63,248 bases of DNA, filler included, from Sphacelaria rigidula (GCA_964200075.2; 7 parts of 7 records of this genome joined end to end with filler, not necessarily neighbours in it), one strand, 5' to 3'. Shown: positions 36,435 through 49,384, numbered from the whole stretch's first letter. Numbers and translations are program-made. Notes: a model not told the origin generated them from the sequence alone.

Positions 36435-38009
36435 TCTTTCATGTCGTTGTCCGCGTACGGGCGTCGCGGTGATGCACGGCAGCTGCATGTACCCCTTCTC
36501 GGCGTTTTTCCCCCCATGGGTTAATCCATAGTGTCGGTGCGATTGCGCATGTTTTGTATTACAGTATATAAAATCAATTGTGCTCGCACTTGTAGTTGTA
36601 GTTCACATTTCACTGGAATATTTAGTCCTCCGCGTCTCTGCCTCGTCTCTGTCGGTCCCTCGCTCTCTCCGGTCGGTGCGCAGTGGTGCCCCGGGGCACT
36701 TGCGTTGGTCAGTATCGCAATACAGAGCAGCCTACCTCCTTCCCTCTGTCTCTGACGGGCAGAGGTTGTCTGTTTCACTTTTGATGCTTGGTAAGGTCGT
36801 GCCCGGCCTGCTGGGTATCCTGGTGAACAGAGCGGAATCACATTGCCAACTGTTGTGGAGGGCAGGTAAACCTCTTTTTTCTCTCGCCGGTTTTGTTTTT
36901 CATCACCATCGAATCACCCTCCTTGTTCAGACTCGCAGTCGAGAGATGGAAGGTATTGTGCGTGATTCAGGTCGTACGACTGGCATGTGGGAATTGTTGT
37001 GTACGCTTCATCCAATATTTCAAACCGTGGGCGATAGATTATATTGACAATTGAGGGTACTACGTACAGACAATATTCTCACTACTTTCACTACCCTTTT
37101 TGCCACTGCCATCCTTTGTCCCGGGTGTGCAGTAATTCAAGTATCAAGGTTCGGACGAATAAAATCAATCGTGATTCGTCCCATGTTCAACGTCCACACG
37201 AATCAAATACATTATTTATTGGAGGGCATGAGGTTGTCCATATGAAAGTCATTTGTCATGATTTTACGTCAGGGAAGCACTGTCTTAGAGATGAGACTCA
37301 TTCAAATGTTCAACGCCATTATTGTCGGAAGATAATCTGTTCACGAATGAATCAAACTGACATTTTTTCTCATGCCTCATTCATGTGACATGGATCACGT
37401 GTACATTATCTAGGCTATCATTGTCTGCACCGGGATACTTTTCTTTGGTGCATATTCCGCAACTGTTGTTCATGAGGCAAGACTTTCGCGCATTGTGATG
37501 GCCGCAGCCATCATCTCGATGTGCTGTATGGCCATTTCTTCGCACGACGACAAGTTTTTGGCCGTTGTTCGGGAGTAGGCTATCAATGAGCGCGACACCA
37601 CTCAACTAAAGATTGTTGCTGAACTCCTTGTAAAACGATTATATTCGGCACCAAAACGGCTTCCTTTAGATATCAAACTGAGATTTTTTACCCCCCAAGG
37701 ATGATGCGACAAATGCCTGATGACTTTTAGCATATTATTAGGCCGTCTCTCATGGCGGCATACAAAAAGAGTGGAAATTTGGATACTGCCTTCTTGGACC
37801 TTTAATGTTGTTTCACGCCCTAAAAGAGAGCTAAGCGGATTCTTACACCTGGGGATGCCTCGCTGTACTCGTTTGGACGATTCCACGACACCTTTGCGCT
37901 TCCCGGTGGCCGTAGTTTCTTCTTGTGGTCTAACTTGATTTAATCTCGGATACCGCTCAAAGATATTTCTCCTTCTTTTCTAGTTTCTAGACACAACGAC
38001 GTTGTTTTT

Positions 38010-38310
38010 CTAGACTTGACCGGTCTCCGAGAAAAAGGAGCGGTCCCCGAAAGAAATTCAAGTTTGCCCCCCCCCAAAAAAAAACTGTGGCCACCAGAAG
38101 GTGTGACGGAACCGCCCCAACAAGTACAACAGCCACTTGTTTTTCTGGACTTGACCGTTCTCTGAGAAGAAATGAGCGGTCTCCGGGACAAACGCAAGTT
38201 TGGCCAAACAAGAACTGCGGCCACCGGGAAAGGCAAAGGTGTGCCAGAACCGCTTTAACGAGTACAGCAAGGCATGACAACATGTCAAAATCCGCCTGGT
38301 CCTCTTACAG
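38010..38310 (+). repeat. Partial tandem copies of the repeat family found at 48410-49250
   Basis: Shared CTTGACCG...CAAGTTTGGCCAAA...GGGAAA.GCAAAGGTG...AACGAG..CAGCAAG...ATCCGCCT. Confidence 0.55.
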
Positions 38311-39339
38311 GGCGCGAAACAACGCGGAAGGTATAAAGGGGCAGTTTTCCATTTATGATTCATTTTTGTTTGCCATGAAAAACGCCCTCACATTATCATT
38401 GGATTTGAGTGACGTCGCCATTTCATTCGACGCGACGATACTAATCAAGGCAGAGGTTGACCAATGTGAGCCCGGAATGCGTTGCTCGGGGGGTTCTCCC
38501 TCTCCCGAATTTTTGGTGGTGACGGTGTGCTTCTTTTAGTGTGCATGTTGAACTTACGGCGTAAAGCTCGCCATTGCGATGACATATCAGCCACTAGAAG
38601 AGGAGGAATATGAGGAGTGATTTTACATGCTGCGTGGATTTACTCGATCTTTCGTCGTTCGACAGCGGTTCTGAATAACAGAGCTGGTGCCTTGGTAAAA
38701 AGGGTGCGACATGTGCCGGTTTATGATGTTGGCAAGAGAGAAGCCAAGAAGGGAGCCAACACGAGTGAGGACGCCAATAAGAACCTTCCTTGTCCTGGCG
38801 AACTAGCTGTACGCCCTTGTTATTTCATCTTGTCGGAATGTCGTGCTAACGTTGCTACAGAAAAACGAGTGCTGCCACCAGGACTTATAATGCCTGTCGA
38901 TTCAAGTGCAACTTACTCCAGGTAATGATCTCTGTGGTGGAATGTAGTGGGGGTTTGTGCTTTCAAGCGGCAGGTTGAGCTCTTTTGCATGAAGATTGAG
39001 ACCGTCAGGGAGCCCGCAGAAAAGGCGAAAACGTGAAAACATATGAACACAGATGTCATTCGATTAGTGTATCAAAGTATACACGACAACATACTTGCCA
39101 GGTGAACTTGCGAGTACAACGTATTTGTCTAGGCGGTTTTGGTGCTGAGTCTCGCTCACCTCTTCCTCAGCTACAGCACGGTACTGTACTGCTGTATGCG
39201 CCATATGTACAAGTAGTGTTGAAATTGGTCTGAAGACATCCTGCATGTCACAACAGGCCATCTGCATCGTGTCATCATTATTTTACTGTGCGTTTCATAC
39301 CACCATCCTATCGATTCTCGCAACGTTGTGTCCTATAGG

Positions 39340-39841
39340 GTGCGGGTATTTTCGGTAGGGTATGAGATTTCTTACGGAGCTCACAGAGCTGTCGAGTACA
39401 GGTTTAAAAAGTCTTACAGAACTTGCACAACTGTCGGGTACCGGCATGGAAGTCTTACAGAACTTGCAGAACCTGTCGGGTAAGGTATAGAGGTTGTACA
39501 GAAACCGTTACCCGCAACCGGGTACATCTACAAGGGTATGCCCGTGCCCCGGGTAAGGGTAAATATTTCGTATAGATAGTAAGAAAGTGTCGGGCACCAG
39601 TATGAGAGGCTTACAGAACTCACAGAAGCTGTCGGGTACGGTATAGAGGTGGTACAAAACCCTTACCCGCAACCCGCTGTATCTACAATAGTATACTCGT
39701 GCCTCGAGTAAGGGTAAACCTTTCATACAGCTCGTGTAGAACTGTCGGGTACCGGTATGAAATCCTTACGGAACTCACTGAACCGTCGGGTACGGGTATG
39801 GAAAGCTCACAGAACTCACAAAACCTGCCGGGTACGGGTAA
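39340..39841 (+). repeat. Degenerate ~39-bp repeat array (GTCGGGTACGGGTATG...CTTACAGAACTCACAGAA)
   Basis: Roughly 8-9 GGGTAC/CTTACAGAAC modules, with a higher-order block duplicated at about 39475-39570 and 39630-39730. Confidence 0.8.
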
Positions 39842-40694
39842 TTATAATTGTCATTATTATTACTATTATCCAATGTATTATTAGGCTAAATGTCTCCCCG
39901 CTTGGTACTGGAATCAAGTTAGCGTGTGATCCTTCTCGGAACAGTAATTTACACCACATGCACGGACTGAAGAGGAGAAAACGGTCACTCTTCTCTGTCG
40001 GCCTGCAAACGCAGATCGAAAGATATTCCGTGGTAAACGGTCAAGTTGTATCTATACCCATAAAATTTGAAAACCCCGTATTCCCGACACGAGAAACGAC
40101 GCACTGCACCCATGCACAGCAAGTCAGTGTTCTTTGCCAGCATCGTAAAGCACTGTACTGTCACCTAACCTGGATACCCATCGCCCAACAACGGGGAGTC
40201 CGACGCACGTGCGCTGCAAGAACGTAGTGTGATGTGTGCTTTCCGCCCTAATCTTTTCACCCAACTGCACTGTGTACCACTACGGTGGAATGTTCAGCTC
40301 CATACTCTCTTGTGGATATGTTTATCTGTACTGCTTGCTGTGTGTGTAAATAAGAGAGTCCATGATTCCATCTTGAGCAAACTTTGTTGCACAAGCACGG
40401 CTGGTCCTTATCCACCACCTCACGGATTGCCGAGAGAAAGAAGGGCACTGTTTATAGATTCGCAAGAGCTTCACCTACATTGCCCGAGGCTCACCTCACT
40501 CATTTTGCCTTTTTGGGGGTGAGGATTACGGTCAGACAGTACATTAAAGTACACAGCTAGCTGCATAGTCTTGGCAAGGGATGCTGGTGGTTCTCTCATG
40601 TAGCGTGCGTTGGATTTGTAGGATGTGTTCAGCGTAACGTTGGATAGCTAACACAGGAACGTAATGTTGGATAACTGTCTTCAACACCCGGTCG

Positions 40695-40760
40695 ATGGGT
40701 TCAGCGGTGACCGTGTCCATTACTGCTGCTGTTCTCCTGCTGGCTGGTGGTCACTCGCTT
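40695..40760 (+). CDS. Possible first exon encoding a signal peptide (MGSAVTVSITAAVLLLAGGHSL)
   Basis: ATG, hydrophobic core, then GTGCGT donor-like site followed by (GT)n. No downstream exon found. Confidence 0.3.
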
Positions 40761-41130
40761 GTGCGTGCGTTTGAGCGTGTGTGTGTGTGTGTGTGTGTAC
40801 TCATACCCCATCCAAGAGCGGTGGGCCGGCAAGGGCCGTTCGTCACAGATGCATATATACTCTTCGGCACTTTCAAATCAAGATAACTGCGGACAAACAT
40901 TTGTACCGGAAACATTGATACTGCAAGCACGCTCAAATGAAGACAGTTGCGGATAAACATTGGCATGTTGGCAGCCCACAAACGTCAGTGGCACCGCACC
41001 TGCCCAACATGAGCGATTTGCTTTGCTTGTGTTTTTACTGAAGACGCATTAGTCGACACTGTACGCCGTGAACTGCTTGACATTGTAATGCATTGTCCAG
41101 GGTGTGGATTCTTGATTCTGCGAGCCGTTT

Positions 41131-41477
41131 GCCCCCGTCGCTCAGTCGGTAACCTCGGAATCTTCTGATGGTTGGGTCGTGGGTTCAAGTCTCGGTGCAG
41201 TCACACGATCTGGGATTTTTTCTCGCACAATGCCCAACAACAGTGGAGAGCGACTATATCGTAGCTACACACAAATTCGACTCTAGAGTCGACGAGAGAA
41301 AGGGACTGCTGAACCCCTCTCGCGACAAAAAATAAGGTAAGCACCGCAGAGGGAAGGTAAAGTACTAGAATGAAAAAAAAAAAACTCATGTTTGCCTTTC
41401 TCCTGTGTGGCCCCCGGCTGATGCGCCCACATATACCGAAAGGTGTAGACTGGCGTCCATAAGAGATGGAATGACAA

Positions 41478-41510
<33 letters not shown>

Positions 41511-41528
41511 ACTCACACACTCACACAC
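41131..41528 (+). mobile_element. tRNA-derived SINE, full length, (CA)n tail
   Basis: GCCCCCGTCGCTCAGTCGGTAAC...CTTCTGA...GGGTTCAAGTCTC head, conserved body, CA tail. Confidence 0.85.
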
Positions 41529-41561
41529 GCCCATCCACCAGTCAGTGTACAGCGATTACAT

Positions 41562-41700
41562 TACACAAAATTCGACTTCACGGTCACGGCGGGGTGGGAA
41601 CCTCTGAAGAACCCTTCTCACGAATAAAAGGAAAGGCAAGCACCGCAGAAGGAACGACGATTTCACAAAACAAAATAAAAACTCTGGCCTTGCTGTGTGA
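41562..41700 (+). mobile_element. Internal fragment of the same SINE
   Basis: TACACAAAATTCGACTTCA...AAAGGCAAGCACCGCAGAAGGAA. Confidence 0.65.
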
Positions 41701-41780
41701 AAGTCTTTTCTCTTGCCAGTACGTGTGTCTCTGTCTTCAAAATATTGACGAAGATAAGAACAATATCCAGTAGTGGTCAG

Positions 41781-42143
41781 TCGCCCAGGTGGCTTAATTC
41801 GTGAACTCGAATTCTTCTGACGGGTGGGTCGTTGGTTCGAACCTCGGTGAAGTCACACGAACTGGAATGCGTCTCACACCATGCCCAGCAGTGGAGAGCG
41901 ACCATGTCGTGGGTATCCGAAGGTCGATTGCACCGTCGACGAGGAAAAGGGACTACTGAATCCCTCTCGCGTTGAAACAAAAAGGGAAGCACCGCAAAAG
42001 AAAACTTGAAGAATAATAGAACTCCCGTGTGAGCCTCCGCCTTGCGTGACCCCGGCTGATGCGCCCACATATATACCGAAATGAGGTGTAGACTGATGGC
42101 GTCCAGAATAGATGGGATGAACATACACAAACGCACACACACC
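41781..42143 (+). mobile_element. tRNA-derived SINE, diverged full-length copy
   Basis: TCGCCCAGGTGGCTTAATT...CTTCTGACGG...GGTTCGAACCTC head, conserved body, CA-rich tail. A further 3' fragment follows at about 42190-42305. Confidence 0.8.
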
Positions 42144-43012
42144 ACTGCTCACCGACTGACTGATACCGTACGCACCGATGCCCATCGAAAAAGGAAGGTA
42201 GGGTACTAAAAACAAAATGAAGAACTCCGGGGTTGGCGTTCCTCCTGTGTGGTCCGGGCTGGCGCGCCCACATATGCCCCTACTCTAAGGTAAACTGGTG
42301 TCCACTGTTAGTGCGAACAGGGGATGGTGGATGAAACTGAGCCATGTTTCTGTTGGCAGGTTCAACTCCTACAACTAGCTCTGCGGAAAATTCCATCTCT
42401 GCAGATATACATCAGAATAGATATACAACACACTGACTGGCTCACCACCATCCCCACTTATCTGTACCACGTGCATACCGCGCACACTTCTGAGCCCATA
42501 ACGAAATACGAAAAAAAAATAGTATAAAAAATCTGTGATCTTCGGCGATGTGTGCGATACGAATTATTAGCAGCGGGGGGTATCTCAAACTCGAGGTTCG
42601 CGGTATGTTTCACAGTAAAATGCGGTCAAATATACCGGGAACCCTGAGTTTGAGATTCCTCCAGCAACTCCCCCGCCCCCCCCCCCCACACCGGAAATTT
42701 TCTCACTCCTACAGGTTCTGAGGTAAGCTTGAAAGACACTTGAAGAAAAAAGTTAGATGTACCAGCGTTGTGGAGGTGGAGGTGTAGCATCTGAATACGG
42801 AGGGGAATCATAAAAACCTTTAGACATCGAGCGCCGCCTCGGAACAGTTTCACGGGCTAACAGTCCACGGACATCCGGAGTTTTCCACTAAGCAGAGGCG
42901 AAACAGCATGCAGTAGACTGTGTTCAGTGAGAGCGATGGCATGTTGAATGTATCTTGCCGTCATATCCAGCAAAAACAAACAGCAAACACACTGACTCTG
43001 CACTTCGGTAAC

Positions 43013-43700
43013 CACTACGAAAGAAGAAAGTAGGCGTGACCGTTAGGGATGCTAAACGGAGGGGGGTGTTATCCCTCGAAAGCTGTCCGGGCTGTCCGAC
43101 GATACCTCACCGACCCTATACTACTCTTTACAGAGGATCCTGATAAATGGGTTGAACCAAACTGAACATCAAAATTACTTTCAACTCCAACCAGTGCTTT
43201 GCTGACCTGAAGTAGTGACATCTTACTTCCATATATGGACGACCTCATCCCCTCCGATCTCCCTGAAAATATTAGGGCGGGTTTCTAGCCTTCCGTTCCC
43301 GCAGAGGACATGTGCGAAAACACATTTTTGCCTCGATTTTGGGATGAAAAGGGGGACGCTTTTTCGCCCGATAGTGGTCTGTTTGCACAGTCATATCCTG
43401 TCGGGGGACGGAAGCCTCGAATCCCCCCAAGATAGTCTAAGGGAGATTCGGGGGGGGGGGGGGGCTAGGTCGTTTTTATCAACGTCATATGCAATTAGTT
43501 TAGGTCGGGAAAGCATTCTTCTGAAGTTGATCCTCATTTTAATATTCAACCCCATTTCTCAGGGTCCTTGATGGATCCTCCGTCAAGAGTGGTCTCTGGG
43601 CGGTGACGTGTGGTCGAAAAGCCCGGACACTTTTCGGGGGCTAACACCCCTCCGTTTAGCATCCCTAACGGCCATACGCGTACTTTCTTCTTTCGTAGTG
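43013..43700. mobile_element. Non-autonomous CACTA element
   Basis: Starts CACTACGAAAGAAGAAAGTA and ends TACTTTCTTCTTTCGTAGTG. Inverted similarity extends about 80 bp. TSD not evident. Confidence 0.8.
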
Positions 43701-44928
43701 GTCGCGTAGTTATCTGCTTAGATCTCCCTTTCCACGTTTCCTCCTCAGTTCCTCATGTCTGTGCTTATTCTCCGTTTGCTTCGATTCAATTGAATCGGGG
43801 GAGAGATGAGTTGATCCCTCGAGACCACGGACTCATCCGGAGGAAGGGGTGGGTTCAAAGTGCAGCAGGAAGAAACATTGAGGGCGGCGAAGTGTAACCT
43901 TCCTCAGGGCACGGCACGTCCCGCGGTCAGCAAAAAATATCGGGAAAGTACTTCCTTCGCGGGGTTTCAAGGGTAAGCCTGTAAAGCATTCGAAAAAAAG
44001 GTGAAATCCCGGCATGTGTCAGCTGCGTGAAAGTGTATGCGGCGTCTGAATAGGGAGAGCGTGACTTCAACGCACGATTTCTCCGTGTCAAGGATGTATC
44101 AAGCGTATCCAAAGACAGGAATAAACATGGCCTATGGTCGATATAATGTCCTCGAACAGCGCGGACACTTTCCGGAGTTTGGCACCCCTCCGACTAGCAC
44201 CTTATCTCGGGGTTGAGAGTCCTGATCTGCTAATACTGATGAATTGTGGTCGAGGTCGGGACCGCTTTTTGTTCTCGGTCATTTTGGTTCAAAGCCTGAA
44301 GCCTGCACGTGTGCGAGACCCGCGTGGTGTTGACACCTGCGGCGCTGCTGCCACGCGCGTTAGCCGTGGCTTATCACTAGTCATTGTTATTATTTTTTCT
44401 CCAGATTAGTCCGATCTCTCGAATTCGTGCTTACACGCGTAGGCTCGTCTTTTCATTACTGTCCTTGCTATTCCTTACAAGATAGAACTCTCATGGTTTC
44501 TTCGAAGGCTCCAGACTGACAACAAAACAAAACGAACAAATGAAAAAACGCCCAATGAAAATAAGAGGAGAGACGAGAAGAAAGCATACGAAAAATAGCT
44601 TCCCCCGAATTTATCGAGATGAGGAAGGAAACAAACCCTTCAGATCTGCTATTACAGGGTACAGAAAAAAAAGGGAAGGAAATAAAATATAAGACAGAAG
44701 ACAAGAGGGAGTGAGCATGGTCACCAAGGGATGGTCAACTCAACAACCCCAGGCACCCTCATAAACAAATTCCAATTTCACCAAGTGAAGTTGGTTTCTG
44801 CTGCGGGTAAAAATTCGACAACCGGCTCTTTACGACTCCGTTTTTGCGACTTGATTTCTGCGACTTGATTATTGCGACATTTTTCCACTCTAAAACCCCC
44901 ATCGATTTCGGTTTTTGAAGGGAGGGAT

Positions 44929-45151
44929 ACGTGACACGTGAACGTGAACGTGAAGTGAATCACGTTCGTAAAATTTAATGTAACGTGACACGCGTCACGT
45001 GTCACGTTTGTAAAATTTAACGTTACGTGAACGTGACGACAATCACGTTGAAAAAATTTAACGTGACGTTTCGTTACATGTAACGTAATATGTAACGTGA
45101 AATTTTCACGTGTCACGCATTATGTAACGTGACATTGACACGTGTCACGTT
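44929..45151. repeat. ACGT/ACGTGA-saturated low-complexity tract truncated by the contig end
   Basis: Dense AACGTGA, CACGTG, TCACGT, GTAACGT motifs in both orientations. Confidence 0.85.
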
Positions 45152-45309
45152 NNNNNNNNNNNNNNNNNNNNNNNNNNNNNNNNNNNNNNNNNNNNTTAAT
45201 TAATTAANNNNNNNNNNNNNNNNNNNNNNNNNNNNNNNNNNNNNNNNNNNNACCGCTTTTCACTCTCAATCGTATCATCTACTCTCAATCTCACGAAAAC
45301 ACTGTTACG

Positions 45310-45547
45310 AGTTTTCGATCGAAAAAGTGCGGTGGAGAACAAAAATCTTGATCTGATAGGTTATGATTTCAACCATCTTCGAAATAAACGACGATGGTTA
45401 AAATTACGACCTATCAGATCAGGATTTTAGTTCTCCACCGCACTTTTTCGATCGAAAACCCATGTGCTAAGGCATGACCTATCAGATCAGGGTTTTTGTT
45501 TTGCACTGCACTTTTTCGATCGAAAACTCATGTGCCAACACAGGCCC
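45310..45547. mobile_element. Tourist-like fold-back MITE (7266 family) with duplicated right arm
   Basis: CGATCGAAAAAGTGCGGTGG...GATCTGATAGG / CCTATCAGATC...CCACCGCACTTTTTCGATCG; right arm repeated, ends ACAGGCCC|TTA. Confidence 0.75.
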
Positions 45548-45899
45548 TTAGGCTACTTATGGATCAAATGACCAAAAACCCACTTATTATGTGATCAGAA
45601 AATGCGTTTTCTGATGAAGAGTTTTCTCATCACATTTTTCGATAGCCCAAAGTTATCAGAATATCATGATTTTCTGATAACCTTGGGCTATTGAAAAACG
45701 TTATTGAAAAAGCGTTTGAACCTCGTTTGAACACACATTACAGCACACGACAGCACCTGTGATGGCTTAGCTGCCATCACTACTAATGCTGTCGCCGGTG
45801 CTCGCGGGCATCCAGCGTGTTGCATCATTGTCCTTCGCTCGCCAGTAGCGTGGTGGCCCTTTACCCCATGAGAACAGCAGAGGGCAGGGTCGATGACGA

Positions 45900-46570
45900 C
45901 TGCTGTACAGACAGGGCAGTATATGCTGTATGTCGTCCGTACAAAATTGTAGCTCAGTTCGGGGCTGTGCACGCAGCGTGTCGTCAACAACAGCCGTCGC
46001 AATGCTTCACAGACTGCCCACGCACCCAAGCCTTGTAGAGACAGGACCGGCCTGACAGTACACACAAGACTATGAGATAGGTAGTGCTACTACTGTGGTA
46101 GATCCAATGCATACAACACAACAGTAGTGTCTGTACTGTTGTCTATGCTGCCCGTACAACCGAGTACTACAACAGTGCAGCGAACTTACAGCTCAGTTGA
46201 GATATGTGCATGCAGTTTGTTGCGAACAGAAGTCGCTTTGCAGTACAGACTGCCTACGCCCCCAAGCCTTGTGGATACAGGACCGTACTGACATTACACA
46301 CGAGACTATGAACAGTGCTACTGTTGTAGTGCTACAGCCGATGCATGCAATACAGCACTGTTGTGTGTACCATCGTGTGTGCTGTCCTTTCGGTCAAGTA
46401 CTACTGTACCGTGCAGTGAAAAAGCACAACCGACACTTTTACAGTCAGTTGGTACAGCAAGGCGGTGTTCTTTTGATGGTCTTGCGTCACGCAGCCCACC
46501 ATGTATTGCTCAGGCAATGTATCACGCTAGTACAGACAGCCAGTACGGACCGTACACCACGACAGGACAG
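45900..46570 (+). repeat. Diverged ~240-bp tandem repeat (2-3 units)
   Basis: CAGACTGCC.ACGC.CCCAAGCCTTGT.GA.ACAGGACCG..CTGACA.TACACAC.AGACTATGA at about 46010 and about 46246. Confidence 0.7.
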
Positions 46571-46733
46571 CAGAGTGCTGCGTCTCTCTCCCGCGCCCCA
46601 GAATTTGAAATTATGTCTGCACACCTAATAGAAAACGATGAACACTGCGTTTTCAATNNNNNNNNNNCTAGAAGGGCTACTTTGAAAAATTATGTTGGAA
46701 AACGTTGTTGAAAAAGGGCTTTAGTGACAACGT

Positions 46734-46917
46734 GTTTTGGCACATTTTTTTTCGATCGAAAAAGTGCGGTGGAAAAGAAAATCTCCGATCTGATAGGTCG
46801 TGATTTCAACCATCGTCGTTTATTTTGAAGATGGTTGAAATCACGACCAATCAGATCAGGATTTTAGTTTTCCACCACACTTTCTCGATCGAAGACTCAT
46901 GTGCCAAGACAGGCCCT
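46734..46917. mobile_element. Tourist-like fold-back MITE (7266 family)
   Basis: GTTTTGGCACAT...ATGTGCCAAGACAGGCCC, palindromic. Confidence 0.8.
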
Positions 46918-47520
46918 CAAAGGGTTAACCCTTAGACCGCGAGATTAGTCTTTCTGGATCATGCATACTTTGTTTCACCTGAAATTGATGCCGATTCAAC
47001 AGAAGACTAACTTCGCGGTCGAAGGGTTAAACCTTGGACCCCAAACGAAGTCCATCTGGACCACGCATACCTTCTTCAAGTGAAGTTGATACCGATTCAA
47101 CAGATGATATACTGTCGTCGTACACCGCGATGCGGGTAGTCCATCTGGATCATACACTTTTTTCAAGCGAAATTGATGCCGATTCGGCAAGTGACCTACC
47201 CTCACGGTCAAAGGGTTGACCCTTAGACCGCCGTGCGGGTAGTCCATCTACATCACTCATACCTTTTTCCAAGTGAATATTGATGCCGATTCAGTAGGTG
47301 ACCTACCCTCGCGGTCAAATAAGGGTTACCAAACCTTTTCAAAGGGGGTAATTAACCCTTCGAGGGCGACTGTAGGTGATCTGTTGCATCGGCAAAAATA
47401 ACGCTTGAAAGAACTATGTATGATCCAGATGGACTATCTGACCATGCAGTAATTCCTCAAGCGAGATTAAAGCTGATTCAACAGAGGATCCATGCTCGCG
47501 GTCAAAGGGTCAGCAGTCCT
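46918..47520. repeat. ~100-bp tandem repeat (about 4 direct units plus an inverted one); solo unit at about 14615-14715
   Basis: AAGGGTT.ACCCTTAGACCGC...GGGTAGTCCATCTGGATCA...AAGTGAA.TTGATGCCGATTCA recurs. Confidence 0.8.
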
Positions 47521-47812
47521 GCGATGGAAGTAAGATTGAGATTTCCGGGCCAAGTCGCACAAAAAAACATGTTATTTCCCTGGTGTGTACTGCCACTGCA
47601 TGATGAAAACGTACCCACGCAACCAACAAAAGGGGTTGTGTTTGGAAACCCTAATGAGATACTGCACACAGAATGCCTCGTCATTTTCGAGACAAACCCG
47701 GAACAAACAAAAATGTGGTACTGTGCGTACTGTTCTACAGCTATAATACTGTAGGTACAGCACAACACACTAGAGAAGGGAATGTTGAAAAACCTCCACC
47801 GTTTGACCGCTA

Positions 47813-48192
47813 TGGCCGGATTTTATGGCAAACAGATTTTCGGCCCACGGATCGTTTACTTGTGGGACGTTTGACCCACCTGTTGATCCCCGAACAGAGG
47901 AAACCGCCAACACACGTCTCGGACACTTTGCATTACCCAACAGAGAGGAGGCAAACTGGCGGGAATCGGCAAGCACAGATTTTTGCGCACGATTTTTTGT
48001 TCAGCGGTCAATCTCGAAACCCCGGAAGGAAGCGAATCTGAAAAGCAGACTGGGCTCCTCTCTGTAGGGTGATGCAAAGTGTCCGAGACGTGTGTTGGCG
48101 GTTTTCCCTGTTTAGGAGTCAAAAGGTGGGTCAAACGTCCCAAAAGTGAACAATCCGTGGGCCGAAAATCTGCGTGCCGTAACATCCGGCCC
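47813..48192. mobile_element. MITE with ~135-bp terminal inverted repeats
   Basis: GGCCGGAT...CAGATTTTCGGCCCACGGAT...ACCGCCAACACACGTCTCGGACACTTTGCAT mirrored at 48055-48191; TA-containing flanks. Confidence 0.85.
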
Positions 48193-48368
48193 TAGCACAT
48201 CATTTTCCGATCGAAAAAGTGCGACGGAAAACAAAAATCCCGATCTGATAGGTGGAGATTGTAACCACCTTCAAAATTAACGATGGTTGGAATTACGACC
48301 TATCAGATCGGGATTTTTGTTGTCCACCGCGCAACTTCATTAAAAAATAATGGGCTAAGACACGCTCC
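48193..48368. mobile_element. Decayed Tourist-like fold-back MITE (7266 family)
   Basis: AAAAATCCCGATCTGATAGG / CCTATCAGATCGGGATTTTT core. Confidence 0.7.
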
Positions 48369-48409
48369 CAAACCTACTCTACTGAGCGCCGTTGAAAATT
48401 CCTAATCAA

Positions 48410-49250
48410 GACTGCTTTTTTTACCCTTCTCCGCCTGAATAGAGGGCTACGCGGATATTGACGCCTTGAAATGACTTGCTCTACTTATCGAGACCGTTCC
48501 AGGGCGACTTTGCATTTCCCCCTGGCCGCGCTTTCATTCTTGGCCAAACACGGATTTTAATGAGAAACGGTCAAGTGATCAAAATAATGGGGAAAATTTG
48601 TATCACCTGACCGTTTTATACTGAAAATTCGTGTTTGGGCCGGTTTGGTCAAACACAAACGTGCGACCAGCGGGAAATGCAGAGTTGCTCTAACACGGTC
48701 TCAACGGGTAGAGCGAGTCATTCCAAGGCGTCAACACCCGCCTAGCCCTCTTGTCGACAGGAATTTTGAACCGCTCCCATTGGAGTTTGCCGAAGGCTAC
48801 ATATGTCTTGAGTATAAAAAAATGAAACATGTTGAAAAGTGCATTTTGGCCCTTCTTCGTCATTTTCCCCCCAGGAAGAGGGCTAGGCGGATGTTGACAC
48901 CTCGGAATGACTTGTTGTACTCGCTGAGGCCGTTCCAGAGCATCTTTGCGTTCTTCGTAAGTCACACTTTCGTTTTTGGCCTAACTAATGGTCAAGTTAC
49001 CAAAAAAATGTCAGCCCCCCGCCCCCTTTTATAACTTGACCGTTTGTTATTGAAAATGCAAGTTTGGCCAAAGACGAAACTGTGATATGCGGGAAACGCA
49101 AAGGTGCTCAGGAACCATCTCAACGAGCAGAGCAAGTCATTTCAAGGTGTCCACATCCGCCTAGCCCTGTTTTCGGGGGGAAAACGACGGAGAAGGGCAA
49201 AAAAATGTACTTGTCAACAAGTTTTATTCTTGATACATGAGAAGTAGCCT
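48410..49250. mobile_element. Two adjacent fold-back elements of one family (about 48410-48760 and 48793-49250)
   Basis: Four alternating-orientation copies of a ~200-bp unit (AGAGGGCTAGGCGGATGTTGACAC / CATCCGCCTAGCCCT). The second element is bounded by AGGCTAC...GTAGCCT. Confidence 0.65.
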
Positions 49251-49384
49251 AAACATAATTACGCTAGATTATAAACAAGATAACAACAGTATCAAAAATA
49301 AGAGACCTTCAGCGTCTGACGGCAAGCGGTCAAAGGGTTGACGACAGCAGAAACAGATCCAAACACAGGTCAACCTGCACTCAC

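Noticed and set aside
40257..40448. Possible next TMEM131-like exon (VQINISTREYGAEHSTVVVHSAVG)
   Set aside because: Different contig, splice phase incompatible with the 49385 donor, and similarity is weak.
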